This document shows, piece after piece, positions 48,827 to 58,032 of a stretch of 64,000 nucleotides of DNA. Numbering within the stretch: position 1 is the stretch's first letter; the number at the start of each line of letters is the position of its first letter. Location of the stretch: assembly GCA_021773835.1 (NCBI GenBank), contig JAJFJQ010000062.1, forward strand, positions 314,599-378,598. The letters are read 5' to 3'. A program made the position numbers and the translations under genes. The notes beneath the pieces are model-generated. The model ran no database searches, was not told the DNA's origin, and saw only the letters and a program-made list of their open reading frames with translations. This DNA is from Gammaproteobacteria bacterium (GTDB lineage Bacteria > Pseudomonadota > Gammaproteobacteria > Ga0077536).

Positions 48827-49867
48827 CTATTTTCTGAACGCCGGGATCACATCCTTTGCAAAGATGTCCATGCTCGAGCGGACTTGATGCGCCGGCAAAC
48901 CGGCAAATGCCATGCCGCAAACGAGATCTGTGCAGCGCCCGCGGCTAATATAGTCGGCGATCATGCCCTTGGCATCTTCGGGCGTGCCGACGATTGCCGG
49001 TTCGCCGAACATGTCAAATTCCTGCTTTGCGATCATCTCGTCAACGCTCGGGAGATTGGCCATTCCCTCGTCGTGCACGGTGCCGTCGCTTGCTTCATGA
49101 AACCATCTCGCATAGCACGATGCGGTGTAGTGAAGTGATTTAGCGCATGCTTCCCATGCTTGTTCGCGGCTCTGCGCGACGTGGATCCACCTGAGTTGCG
49201 CCGTATTGAAGTGCTGCGGGTTGCGTCCGGCTGCCTCTAGGCAGGCGTCATAATGTTCAACTCCCTCGGTTGGTCCAGTGACTTGGAAGTGGAAGCCCAT
49301 CTTAGCGGCGCGCTCGATCGCCTTCTCCGCAACCGCGCCCAACCAGATCGGCGGGTGTGGTTTTTGCAGTGCCGGCGGCACGATTTGGATTTTGTTTAAC
49401 TTGTTGAACTTGCCATCGATTGTGACTTCCTCGTCGCTCAGCAGACGTTGAATAATATCGATGCCTTCGCGTAGACGCGGACCCCGTTCGGTATGAGGGA
49501 TCCCCTGATCGGCAAATTCCTTGCGTCGATAGCCAAGTCCGACGCCAAGATCGAAACGTCCGTTCGACAACAGATCTACCGTTGCTGTGTCTTCGGCAAC
49601 GGTGACAGGATTGTGTAGTGGTAACAGGACCAAAAATGTACCGATGCGAATACGGCTCGTGCGGGTCGCGATGCCTGCGGCAAGCGGCAGCAGTGATGGT
49701 GAATAACCATCATCGACAAAGTGATGCTCGGTAAGCCACGCGTGGTCGTATCCCATGGCCTCGGAATCTACGATCAAATCCATATGGTTGCGGTATAAGT
49801 CTTGCCATGGAACGCGGTTGAACTGCGGATTCCGGAACGACCATAAGAGACCAAATCTAAGATTCAT
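48827..49867 (-). CDS. LLM-class (luciferase-like) flavin-dependent oxidoreductase
   Basis: W.TEHHF, LPLHNP..VAED.ATVDLLSNGRFDLGVGLGYR, PHPPIW. Confidence 0.93.
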   Translation of the reverse strand: MNLRFGLLWSFRNPQFNRVPWQDLYRNHMDLIVDSEAMGYDHAWLTEHHFVDDGYSPSLLPLAAGIATRTSRIRIGTFLVLLPLHNPVTVAEDTATVDLLSNGRFDLGVGLGYRRKEFADQGIPHTERGPRLREGIDIIQRLLSDEEVTIDGKFNKLNKIQIVPPALQKPHPPIWLGAVAEKAIERAAKMGFHFQVTGPTEGVEHYDACLEAAGRNPQHFNTAQLRWIHVAQSREQAWEACAKSLHYTASCYARWFHEASDGTVHDEGMANLPSVDEMIAKQEFDMFGEPAIVGTPEDAKGMIADYISRGRCTDLVCGMAFAGLPAHQVRSSMDIFAKDVIPAFRK

Positions 49868-50077
49868 TTAATTCTCCGAGTGACGAGTGTTTTGAGCCCA
49901 TATAAGGGCGGCAGAATTTACACGCACCGGCCCGATTGAGCAAGTTGCGGTTGTTAGCGAGAAGCGACAGGGCCACTATCATCAGGTATAAGTACGCGAT
50001 ATTTTGCCGCCGTTCGTCGCCCGAATCGCGAACACTGCGTGGGCTGACAAAACTAAATACCGACGAGGAATACCTAA

Positions 50078-50935
50078 TTGAGTAGTGAATATGTAATCAC
50101 GACTGACGCCGCAGGCTTTGCGGCCGATGTCATCGCTGCCTCCCACGAGCGCCCAGTGTTGGTCGATTTCTGGGCTGAGTGGTGTGGTCCATGCAAGTCA
50201 GTGGCGCCGGTGTTGGATAGTTTGGCCGACGAGTTCGACGGTGAGTTGGTCGTCGCAAAAGTTGACACCGACATTGAGCAAGAGCTGGCGCAGTCGTATG
50301 GCATCCGGAGTCTCCCAACGATGTTGCTATTCCGTAACGGTGAGCCGGTCGAACAAATCATTGGTGCGCAACCAGGCACTGAGATCCGCCGGCTGATTGA
50401 GCGGTTTCTCCCGCGCCCAGGGGATGATTTGGTCGACGCCGCATCTGCATTGATGGACCTTGGCGATTTGAGCGCGGCGGAACAAAAACTCCGAGAAGCG
50501 CTCACTGAAGATGCGAACAACTACGCCATCCATCAATTGTTGGCCGAGGTCTTAATCCGGCAAGGTGCTTACAGCGCGGCCGAGCAGCTTATCGCCACAC
50601 TGCCGATAAACGTCGCAACGGATTCAACGTTTGAGCAAATCAACGCGCAGCTTAGCCTTGCACGCCAGCTTTCTCCGGGTGTCGATCGACCCGTCCTTGA
50701 GGAACGACTCGCAGACCCGGAGGATGTCGAAGCGCGTTTCCAGCTGAGCGTGATGCAAGCCGTCGATGGTGAGTTTGAGCCGGCGCTCGAGGCCTTACTC
50801 GATCTCATCGTGACCCAGCGCGATTGGAATAAGGGCGCCATTCACAAGCTGATTCTCGATATCTTTACCGCGATGGGGCTGGATGATCCGCGGGTCAAGG
50901 TGTTTCGTACGCGACTCGCAAGAACCTTGAATTAA
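50078..50935 (+). CDS. cnoX: Thioredoxin-TPR chaperedoxin CnoX/YbbN
   Basis: VLVDFWAEWCGPCK thioredoxin domain followed by TPR helices ending ...FRTRLARTL; TTG start after RBS GAGGA. Confidence 0.85.
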   Translation: MSSEYVITTDAAGFAADVIAASHERPVLVDFWAEWCGPCKSVAPVLDSLADEFDGELVVAKVDTDIEQELAQSYGIRSLPTMLLFRNGEPVEQIIGAQPGTEIRRLIERFLPRPGDDLVDAASALMDLGDLSAAEQKLREALTEDANNYAIHQLLAEVLIRQGAYSAAEQLIATLPINVATDSTFEQINAQLSLARQLSPGVDRPVLEERLADPEDVEARFQLSVMQAVDGEFEPALEALLDLIVTQRDWNKGAIHKLILDIFTAMGLDDPRVKVFRTRLARTLN

Positions 50936-50975
50936 AGCGAGTTTTCAACGGCATGCAGTCCGTCTGCTAGTCCGT

Positions 50976-50992
50976 TGTCAATCAACTTTACA
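50976..50992. promoter_or_regulatory. TGTCAA-N5-TTTACA box 1 (candidate PEP-CTERM enhancer site)
   Basis: TGTCAATCAACTTTACA; near-palindromic arms; repeated at 51089. Confidence 0.6.
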
Positions 50993-51088
50993 TCGAGATA
51001 TTTTCCATACGTTATTGAATTAAATAGAAGTAATAGGATTTCCGCGTGATCGACCCCAGGTGGTCTGCGACTCGGTCGACACATTAGA

Positions 51089-51105
51089 TGTCAACAAACT
51101 TTACA
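51089..51105. promoter_or_regulatory. TGTCAA-N5-TTTACA box 2 (candidate PEP-CTERM enhancer site)
   Basis: TGTCAACAAACTTTACA; 15/17 identical to box 1. Confidence 0.6.
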
Positions 51106-51171
51106 CCTCATGTAGCCACTGCGATCACCACGACCCGGCTAATTCCATAATTTTCAGTGGCTTGTGCTGTA

Positions 51172-51186
51172 TGGCCCGAATATTGC
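51172..51186 (+). promoter_or_regulatory. Sigma-54 (-24/-12) promoter of the PEP-CTERM gene
   Basis: TGGCCCGAATATTGC = GG-N10-GC with TTGC, about 45 bp before ATG 51232. Confidence 0.7.
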
Positions 51187-51231
51187 CCTGGCTTCGTCAA
51201 TATTCGTTTTGTGACCAGTGAGGTCAGGCCA

Positions 51232-51876
51232 ATGAAAAAATCAATATCGCGACTAATTGCCGCTGCCGGGCTGACGTTTGTCGCCTGGATGGACGCCGGC
51301 GCAACCGTTATCGAAGACCCAGGGCTTATTACTTGGAATGGCACTTGCTTGGATTGTACCGAACCGCTCGGTTCCCCATCCCCTGCAACCGCGGTACTTG
51401 ATGTTATTGATCTAGGAAATGCAGATGGTTTTACTGCCACCGATATCGGTGGCGGTAATCTGGTTGGTTTTTCCTACTGGTCGGAATTGTTCCCGTTCGG
51501 TGTCTTCGCCGATCCTTATTCGATCGTTGGTGCAGGCGGTGTGATCCCACTCGCGGCAAATTCAGCTGCGGATATCGTGATCGATTTTATGCCACTGTTT
51601 GGGTACGCGGATGGTGCGGTCGGCTCGGTATGCGATAGCGGACCCTGTGAGTGTATCGACGACGATTGCGATGTGGAAATCGTCATGTGGCGATTTGAGA
51701 CAAGTCGTAGTGGCGACCGTCCGTGGTCGATTGGTCCACTTGGCTATCTACCGTTTGACCTCGGCGTGGCAAGTGCCTTCGCCGTGCCCGAGCCTCCTTC
51801 GATTCTATTGCTTGGACTGGCGTTAGTGGGATCCACGATCCGTTGGCGCAAGGTACAGGCGATCGGGATTCAGTAG
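51232..51876 (+). CDS. PEP-CTERM exosortase-sorted surface protein
   Basis: Signal peptide MKKSISRLIAAAGL...; C-terminal VPEPPSILLLGLALVG...RWRK; RBS GAGG. Confidence 0.88.
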   Translation: MKKSISRLIAAAGLTFVAWMDAGATVIEDPGLITWNGTCLDCTEPLGSPSPATAVLDVIDLGNADGFTATDIGGGNLVGFSYWSELFPFGVFADPYSIVGAGGVIPLAANSAADIVIDFMPLFGYADGAVGSVCDSGPCECIDDDCDVEIVMWRFETSRSGDRPWSIGPLGYLPFDLGVASAFAVPEPPSILLLGLALVGSTIRWRKVQAIGIQ

Positions 51877-51910
51877 GCTTATCGTTCGCACGGACCTCGA
51901 TGCCCATGCT

Positions 51911-53827
51911 TTAGGAACTAGGTTTCACGGACGCCGCACTTGGCTTCTCTTGGGCGTCGGGCGCGTCGAGGCTTAAACCGGCCATAACCGCAGGGGTAAA
52001 CTTAGACGCCTCAGCGCTTACCGCCACCGGATCGAATATTGGTAGCGAACAAGCGGTGTCATTACAGATGTACATTGCCGGTCGTTCCCGCGCGGGATAG
52101 CGCCCAGGCGCTTCATAGTGGACAACTTTACGTGGCTCATACACGGCTTGGCCTGCGGCCAACAGTGCCTGTGCCGCTGCAGTGGCCGGGTCGCCGACAA
52201 CCGAGAATTCGACGTAACCAGCATCGATCAGCTCTAGTGCTATTGCCAAGTTTCCGGTGATCCGACCTTCTCGTTTTACGATGGCCGGCACCGCGACCGC
52301 ACGAATTGCCTGTTCCGCAATGGTCTTCAATTCGTCGTCCTTGGTCGCGACGCCAAGAAGGAATAGAAACTGCGCGGCCACGGCGTTGTCTTCCAGCGGT
52401 TTGCGCCGCGCAATCATCGCCTCCGTACCGTCGGCCGCGGAGCCGAAGAATCCGCCGAGCTTCTTATCCTCTAAGTGTTCGCGCATGGCCGACATGACTT
52501 GATGTGCACGCGCAAGCCATTGCTCATCCGCGCTCGCCTGGTACAGTGCCAGCAGTGCGCGGCCGACGTAGGCTTGGGTGCGCAAATACGGTCGCTCATC
52601 GAAGCGCAATATATGCGTGCGTTTGTCTTTCTGACCAATGAGGCGCTGATCAGGCTTCAATTGCAGAAACCATCCATCCCCGGTTTGCCGCGCCGTACTC
52701 AGCGCAATGGCGGTGTCGGTGGCGATGCTTAGATAGCGCAATTCCCCGGTTGCTTCAAATGCATGGACATAACCTAACAAGACGCGCGCGTTCAAGTCGG
52801 TAAAGGTTGAATGATCGGTACTTGGGAGTCCATGTTTGCGGCGCTCGGGATCTGGTAGTGCGTAATAAGCTTCAATGTCGAGGCCACTCATGCCAGGTAC
52901 CGTGTCTTTCTGGCTCGCGTAATACAACCCGTCCGGGCCACGCATCTGACCTTGTAGGTAGCGGTCGATACGCTCGATCCGGTCGCGAAACAAAGGGTCC
53001 CGCGTCAGCTGATAGGCGCTTGAGAAGATCTGTAATGCGGCACCCTGACTTTCCGTGCGAAGCTCTTTTACCGTATTGCCCCAGCGGTTTATCGAGGCAT
53101 AAAACATCCCGCCCCACACCGGATCAGTCTGTTCGGCAAAACCGCGAATATTTTTGAGTCCGCGCTTCCGCGCTTGCTCGTTGTTATAAAGGTGACCGCG
53201 TAGCAAGAATTGGAGCGTGGCCTCGGCATACTCTAAGACCTTGGCGTTACCCCACCCACCGATCTCATCGTTGTAGCTGCGTTCGAGTTGTCGGCGAACT
53301 TGTTTGCGTACGGCATCGAGTGGACCGGTGATCGGTGTATTCGGCGCCACATAGGGTTCTTTGGTATCGACCTCTAGCTTGCCGCTGGTGTGTTGAGCAA
53401 TGAGATCTTCCAAGATCGGTATGAATTTTGCCGGTCGCATACTACCGCGCAAGGCCAAGACCTGGGTGCCGTCGGGACGCATAAATGCTGTTGCCGGCCA
53501 GGCCCAGTCCGAATACCGATCTCCAATGTCAGGTCGCGCTTCACTATCAACCTGGATGCTCACGAAATTATTGTTCAGTACATCGATGACATTCGGGTTG
53601 GTGAACGTGTTCATTTTCATAAACCGACAGGCCGTACAACCTTCATGACCGACATTGACCATAATCAGCCGGTTATTTTCGCGTGCCGATTGAAATGCCG
53701 CAGGTTCCCAGTCGAACCAATCGATCGATGAATCTGCTAATGCACTGATGGCGACGGTGACGCAACACAATGCGACGGCTACTCTTGAAACGCTCATTCG
53801 ATTCTCCCCTGACGCTTTTGTTCGCAC
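51911..53827 (-). CDS. DUF255/YyaL-like thioredoxin domain + alpha/alpha-barrel protein, with signal peptide
   Basis: IDWF.W...AF..AR...R.I, GCTACRFM, RPDI..RY...WPAT, D...GGFF, C....CS.P; likely start 53797. Confidence 0.8.
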   Translation of the reverse strand: MRTKASGENRMSVSRVAVALCCVTVAISALADSSIDWFDWEPAAFQSARENNRLIMVNVGHEGCTACRFMKMNTFTNPNVIDVLNNNFVSIQVDSEARPDIGDRYSDWAWPATAFMRPDGTQVLALRGSMRPAKFIPILEDLIAQHTSGKLEVDTKEPYVAPNTPITGPLDAVRKQVRRQLERSYNDEIGGWGNAKVLEYAEATLQFLLRGHLYNNEQARKRGLKNIRGFAEQTDPVWGGMFYASINRWGNTVKELRTESQGAALQIFSSAYQLTRDPLFRDRIERIDRYLQGQMRGPDGLYYASQKDTVPGMSGLDIEAYYALPDPERRKHGLPSTDHSTFTDLNARVLLGYVHAFEATGELRYLSIATDTAIALSTARQTGDGWFLQLKPDQRLIGQKDKRTHILRFDERPYLRTQAYVGRALLALYQASADEQWLARAHQVMSAMREHLEDKKLGGFFGSAADGTEAMIARRKPLEDNAVAAQFLFLLGVATKDDELKTIAEQAIRAVAVPAIVKREGRITGNLAIALELIDAGYVEFSVVGDPATAAAQALLAAGQAVYEPRKVVHYEAPGRYPARERPAMYICNDTACSLPIFDPVAVSAEASKFTPAVMAGLSLDAPDAQEKPSAASVKPSS

Positions 53828-53889
53828 TATGGAGGTCCTGGAGTCGTCTTAGTAGACCCGATCGTGCTAGCGCTGGTTCCAACCGATTT

Positions 53890-54213
53890 TTAGCGGTCGA
53901 ACACCTGCCAACTAAATTCGATGCCGAGCGCCGTGACGTTCTGTTCTGCATTGGTGAAAAACTCGACCCCGGCCGGCGGTGGTTGATCACTCAGTGCGAT
54001 CAATATTTTTAGTTCATTATTCTTCCCGGCTGGGTAGGCGCGCTCGATCTCGCCGCTGCGAATGAATTTAAGGTAGGTATTGAGTTTTGCTTTTAGTGCC
54101 GCAATGTGCGCGCCCGGGTCATCCCAATCGAGATCGTCGGCAATCGTCAACACGCAATAGCCATCCGGTGCGATGCCGATAAAATCAATTTTTTCCAGGT
54201 CGGCAAGCGCCAT
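53890..54213 (-). CDS. Small hypothetical protein (DUF6572-like)
   Basis: IDFIG...VLTIADDLDW...H...L..KLN.YL.FI.SGE...YP pattern. Confidence 0.6.
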   Translation of the reverse strand: MALADLEKIDFIGIAPDGYCVLTIADDLDWDDPGAHIAALKAKLNTYLKFIRSGEIERAYPAGKNNELKILIALSDQPPPAGVEFFTNAEQNVTALGIEFSWQVFDR

Positions 54214-54370
54214 GTAATCCCTTATCAGCTAAGTGCGAAGACCCGGTGTTAAGGCCAAGACTCATAGCCATTCTAAGGCGTCCGAATCCCGAGTCCAGCG
54301 AAATGAGCGCTCGATTTGTTGGGTAGGAGCTGTGTAAAGTTCTACTACTACCATTCACCCGGAGACGATT

Positions 54371-55192
54371 GTGGAAAAAGAACTCGAACTCGCACAGCAA
54401 GCCTACGATGTCATAGTCAACTTTGTCGTAAATTATTCATTCCAGTTGATCGGGGCAGTCCTTATTTTGATCGCCGGATTCATCGTTGGAGGGTGGGTCT
54501 CGCGGATGCTACTGCGGCTTCAGGAACGTCGTGACGTCGACGTCACCTTACGCCAGTTTATCGCCAGCACGGTGCGGCTCATCGTTATCGGTTTATTCGT
54601 GATCATCGCGGTGAGTAAGCTTGGTCTAAGTATCACCCCATTGATCGCGGCGCTCGGTGGCCTTGCAGTTGGTGCTAGCTTCGCGATCCAAGGTCCGGTG
54701 TCGAATTATGGTGCGGGTTTCGTCATCATCCTCACTCGCATGTTTAAGGTGGGTGATACCATCTCGGTACAAGGATGCTTCGGTGTGGTGAAGGAAATCA
54801 CCTTAGCCACGACGCAGCTTGTCGCCGAAGACGGTGAAGACATCGTCATCCCAAACAAACACGTCGTTGGTGAAATTCACCGGAATTCCTACGCGAACCG
54901 CCTCGTGGAGGGTAGTATCGGGATTGCCTATAGCGAAGATCCTGATCGCGCGATCGAGCTAATCGAAAAAGTTATCCGTGATTTCCCCGGGGTAACCGGG
55001 GAGCCGGCGGCACAGGTTGGCATCGAGTCGTTTGGTGATTCATCGATCACCATAGCCTATCGCTTTTGGATCCCGACGCCATCATTCTTCGAATCGCAAT
55101 TCGCCGTTAATCGATCCGTATTTAAGGCCTTGCGTGGCGCAGACATCACCATCCCATTCCCGCAACGCGAGATCAGGATGTTAGCTGGATAG
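54371..55192 (+). CDS. Small-conductance mechanosensitive channel (MscS family)
   Basis: 3 TMs; A.QGPVSN..AG, FKVGD.I, IPNK, IPFPQRE. Confidence 0.93.
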   Translation: MEKELELAQQAYDVIVNFVVNYSFQLIGAVLILIAGFIVGGWVSRMLLRLQERRDVDVTLRQFIASTVRLIVIGLFVIIAVSKLGLSITPLIAALGGLAVGASFAIQGPVSNYGAGFVIILTRMFKVGDTISVQGCFGVVKEITLATTQLVAEDGEDIVIPNKHVVGEIHRNSYANRLVEGSIGIAYSEDPDRAIELIEKVIRDFPGVTGEPAAQVGIESFGDSSITIAYRFWIPTPSFFESQFAVNRSVFKALRGADITIPFPQREIRMLAG

Positions 55193-55213
55193 CGCGGGGT
55201 GCTGGCTGGTCAG

Positions 55214-56068
55214 TCAGTCACTAACCCAGGCCGCTTTGGTGCGCACGAGAGAGCCATCGTGGTAGTCGCTAAAGGCTTGTTCGATTTCCTCACGCGAGGT
55301 CATGACAAACGGACCGTATTGGGCGATCGGCTCCCCGATCGGTTTGCCGGCGACTAAGATGAAGCGCAATTCATCATTTGCGGTTATCGCGAAGCGCTCG
55401 CCCTCGCTTAAGCGCGCCAACGCATGCGTCGGAACCGGTTCACCGGCGACTTGCCCGTGGCCTTGATAAGCGTAGATGAACGCTGTCATGGAGGTCGGTA
55501 GCTCATAGGTGAATTCGGCTCCCGAGGATAAGGTCACATCCAAGTAACGTACGTCGGTGTTCGGATCATCTATCGGGCCGGTGTGATCCTCATAGGCGCC
55601 GGAGATAACCCGAACCCTGGTGTCGTCGCGCTCTGCCACGGGGATGGATGCGGCGGAGAATTCCTGATAGCCGGGGTCGCTCATTTTCTCGGTCGCCGGT
55701 AGGTTGATCCAAAGCTGGAACCCACGCATCAAGCCTTCGCTTTGCTGCGGCATTTCGGAGTGGATGACGCCGCTTGCAGCCTTCATCCATTGGATACCGC
55801 CAGCGTTCAGATCGCCTTTATTACCCATGCTGTCCTGATGCAACATGTGGCCATCGAGCATGTAGGTCAGGGTGATAAAGCCACGGTGCGGGTGGTCTGG
55901 AAATCCGGCAATGTACTGGTCTGGATCATCGCTGCCGAAATGATCGAGCATGAGAAACGGATCGAGGTGGCGCAGACCGGGTGTACCGATCGTACGATGG
56001 ACAGTCACCCCGGCACCTTCTGCCATGGGTGAGGCCTGAACGAGTTGTGCGATATGTCTAGTGGTCAC
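55214..56068 (-). CDS. Pirin family protein
   Basis: DPFLMLDHF, GFPDHPHRGF, G.IHSEMP, GFQLW.NLP, GPFVM. Confidence 0.95.
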   Translation of the reverse strand: MTTRHIAQLVQASPMAEGAGVTVHRTIGTPGLRHLDPFLMLDHFGSDDPDQYIAGFPDHPHRGFITLTYMLDGHMLHQDSMGNKGDLNAGGIQWMKAASGVIHSEMPQQSEGLMRGFQLWINLPATEKMSDPGYQEFSAASIPVAERDDTRVRVISGAYEDHTGPIDDPNTDVRYLDVTLSSGAEFTYELPTSMTAFIYAYQGHGQVAGEPVPTHALARLSEGERFAITANDELRFILVAGKPIGEPIAQYGPFVMTSREEIEQAFSDYHDGSLVRTKAAWVSD

Positions 56069-56078
56069 AATACTATTC

Positions 56079-56510
56079 TCAAGCTAAATGATTTTCGACG
56101 AATCGTTGTAGGCTGCCGGGGTCCATAGCTCCCGACTGACGCGCGATCTCGCGGCCTTGCTTAAACACGATCAGAGTCGGGATCGAACGAACATTGTAGC
56201 GTGTGCCTATCTCGGGAGCGCGATCCGTGTCTAGTTTCGCCAGCACCGCGGAGGTTTTAAACTTGGCTGCCGCTTGTTCGAAGGCAGGTGCCATCATCTT
56301 ACAGGGCCCGCACCACGGCGCCCAGAAATCGACAATAACTGGGAGATCGGATTTGCCGGTAATGGTGGGAAAATTATTAGCAGTGAGTTCAAGCACCGAT
56401 CCAGCCAACAACTTGCCGCCGCATTTCCCGCATTTGGGGCCATCGGCAAGACGCTCAGGCGGTAAGCGATTGATCGAATTGCACTGGGCACATGGGACGT
56501 GAAGCGGCAT
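56079..56510 (-). CDS. trxC: Thioredoxin 2 (zinc-finger thioredoxin)
   Basis: N-terminal C..C...NR...CGKC, and DFWAPWCGPCK. Confidence 0.92.
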   Translation of the reverse strand: MPLHVPCAQCNSINRLPPERLADGPKCGKCGGKLLAGSVLELTANNFPTITGKSDLPVIVDFWAPWCGPCKMMAPAFEQAAAKFKTSAVLAKLDTDRAPEIGTRYNVRSIPTLIVFKQGREIARQSGAMDPGSLQRFVENHLA

Positions 56511-56596
56511 AGTCGTGGATTATATTCGTGGGTACCACTGCTAGATATGGGCGATGGACTTACTTTTCAACTAACCACCACCGCACGGGACGATAA

Positions 56597-58015
56597 GTGA
56601 ATACGATCCGAGTAAGCGACGCGACGGCATGGGAGCATTGCCCGCGGCATGCATGGTTTGTGTTGCACCCGCCAGAAGCCGAAGAGATCGAGGTCGACCG
56701 ATTTGAAGAATTAATAAAAACCCTTGGCGACGAACATGAGGCTGAGGTCTTGGCTCAGTTTGAGACGTTTGAAACAGCAAAATCGGTCGCGCATACCGAA
56801 GCGCTCATGGAAGCCCAAATGCCCGTTATCTATCAACCGCAATTCTTTGATGCGGAACTTAATCTGATCGGCGTTCCCGACTTCTTGATCTTGGAAGGCA
56901 GCAACTACCGCGTGGCCGACGCGAAGCTAGCGCTTTCGATCGACGGCAAAAAGGCAATTAAGGCCCAACTGGCGACTTATCGACGCCTAGCGCAATCGCC
57001 ATTACCCGCGCTGGTGTTCCTTGGTGACGGCGATATCGCCGAAATCAATCCGCAAGACGATGCTGTTGGCGAGACATTTGTTAGCGAGATGCAGGCGCTG
57101 CGTTTGCAAGATACGCAACCCGATACCCACTACTCATATTCAAAATGTTCACCTTGCCCCTTCAGTCATTTCTGCGTGCCTGAGTTTAAACAGGCGGGTG
57201 AACTTACCTTAAATCCCATGGTACAGGCGCGCGCAGCAGATGGATTGCGCAATGCCGGGATCAAGACGCTCGCGAAACTGGCTAATAGCAGCCCGACGGA
57301 GCTACCCGATGTGCCGTACCTCAAAGGGGAGGCAAAGAAAACTCGTGCGATCTTACAAGCGCGTAGCCTACGAACCGGCGAGATTTTCAAGGTCGAGGAT
57401 GTCGATCTACCGCCAGGCGATTATCTTCATTTCGATGTCGAGACGGATCCTATGGCACGAGGCGGGGAGGGCGAGGTTTACTTGTGGGGTTTCTTGACCC
57501 CGGCTAGCCATGGCCCGGTCTTCGAGTACATTTGGAAAGAGCATGGTGAGCGCGCCGATGAGCAGGGGTGGGTGGCGTTTCTGCAGTTGGTCCGCGACTT
57601 TCGCGAGCGCTTTGAGAACCCGTACTTTGTGCATTATTCGAATTATGAGCGCGTGCAGATCCGGCGTTACGCGGAGCGCTTTAGCAACCAAACAGACGAC
57701 ATCGTTGAGTGGCTACTCGCTGACGACGGCCCGTTGCTGGACTTACAAAAGCTTCTTAAAGCCGCATATGTTTTGCCGGTGATGAGTTACGGCCTAAAAT
57801 CGATTTGTCGCGATCCGCGTTTGGTAAATTTTCAGTGGCGCTTGGAGGAGTCCGGATCGCAATGGTCGGTGGTGCGCTATTACGATTACCTAGGCGCTGA
57901 AACCGAAACGTTAGCTGCGGAGATAAAAGCGGAAATTTTGACCTACAACGAGGACGATGTGCGAGCGACCGAGGCGGTAATCCAATGGTTAGAACGCATT
58001 GAGGCGGAGCGTTGA
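56597..58015 (+). CDS. TM0106-family RecB-like nuclease (PD-(D/E)XK, HhH and RNase H-like domains)
   Basis: G.PDFL...DAKLA...QL..Y, C.PCPF..FC, FDVETDP...YLWG, HY..YE, SYGLK, YNEDDV.AT. Confidence 0.85.
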   Translation: MNTIRVSDATAWEHCPRHAWFVLHPPEAEEIEVDRFEELIKTLGDEHEAEVLAQFETFETAKSVAHTEALMEAQMPVIYQPQFFDAELNLIGVPDFLILEGSNYRVADAKLALSIDGKKAIKAQLATYRRLAQSPLPALVFLGDGDIAEINPQDDAVGETFVSEMQALRLQDTQPDTHYSYSKCSPCPFSHFCVPEFKQAGELTLNPMVQARAADGLRNAGIKTLAKLANSSPTELPDVPYLKGEAKKTRAILQARSLRTGEIFKVEDVDLPPGDYLHFDVETDPMARGGEGEVYLWGFLTPASHGPVFEYIWKEHGERADEQGWVAFLQLVRDFRERFENPYFVHYSNYERVQIRRYAERFSNQTDDIVEWLLADDGPLLDLQKLLKAAYVLPVMSYGLKSICRDPRLVNFQWRLEESGSQWSVVRYYDYLGAETETLAAEIKAEILTYNEDDVRATEAVIQWLERIEAER

Positions 58016-58032
58016 GCAAGACTTGATTGGCA

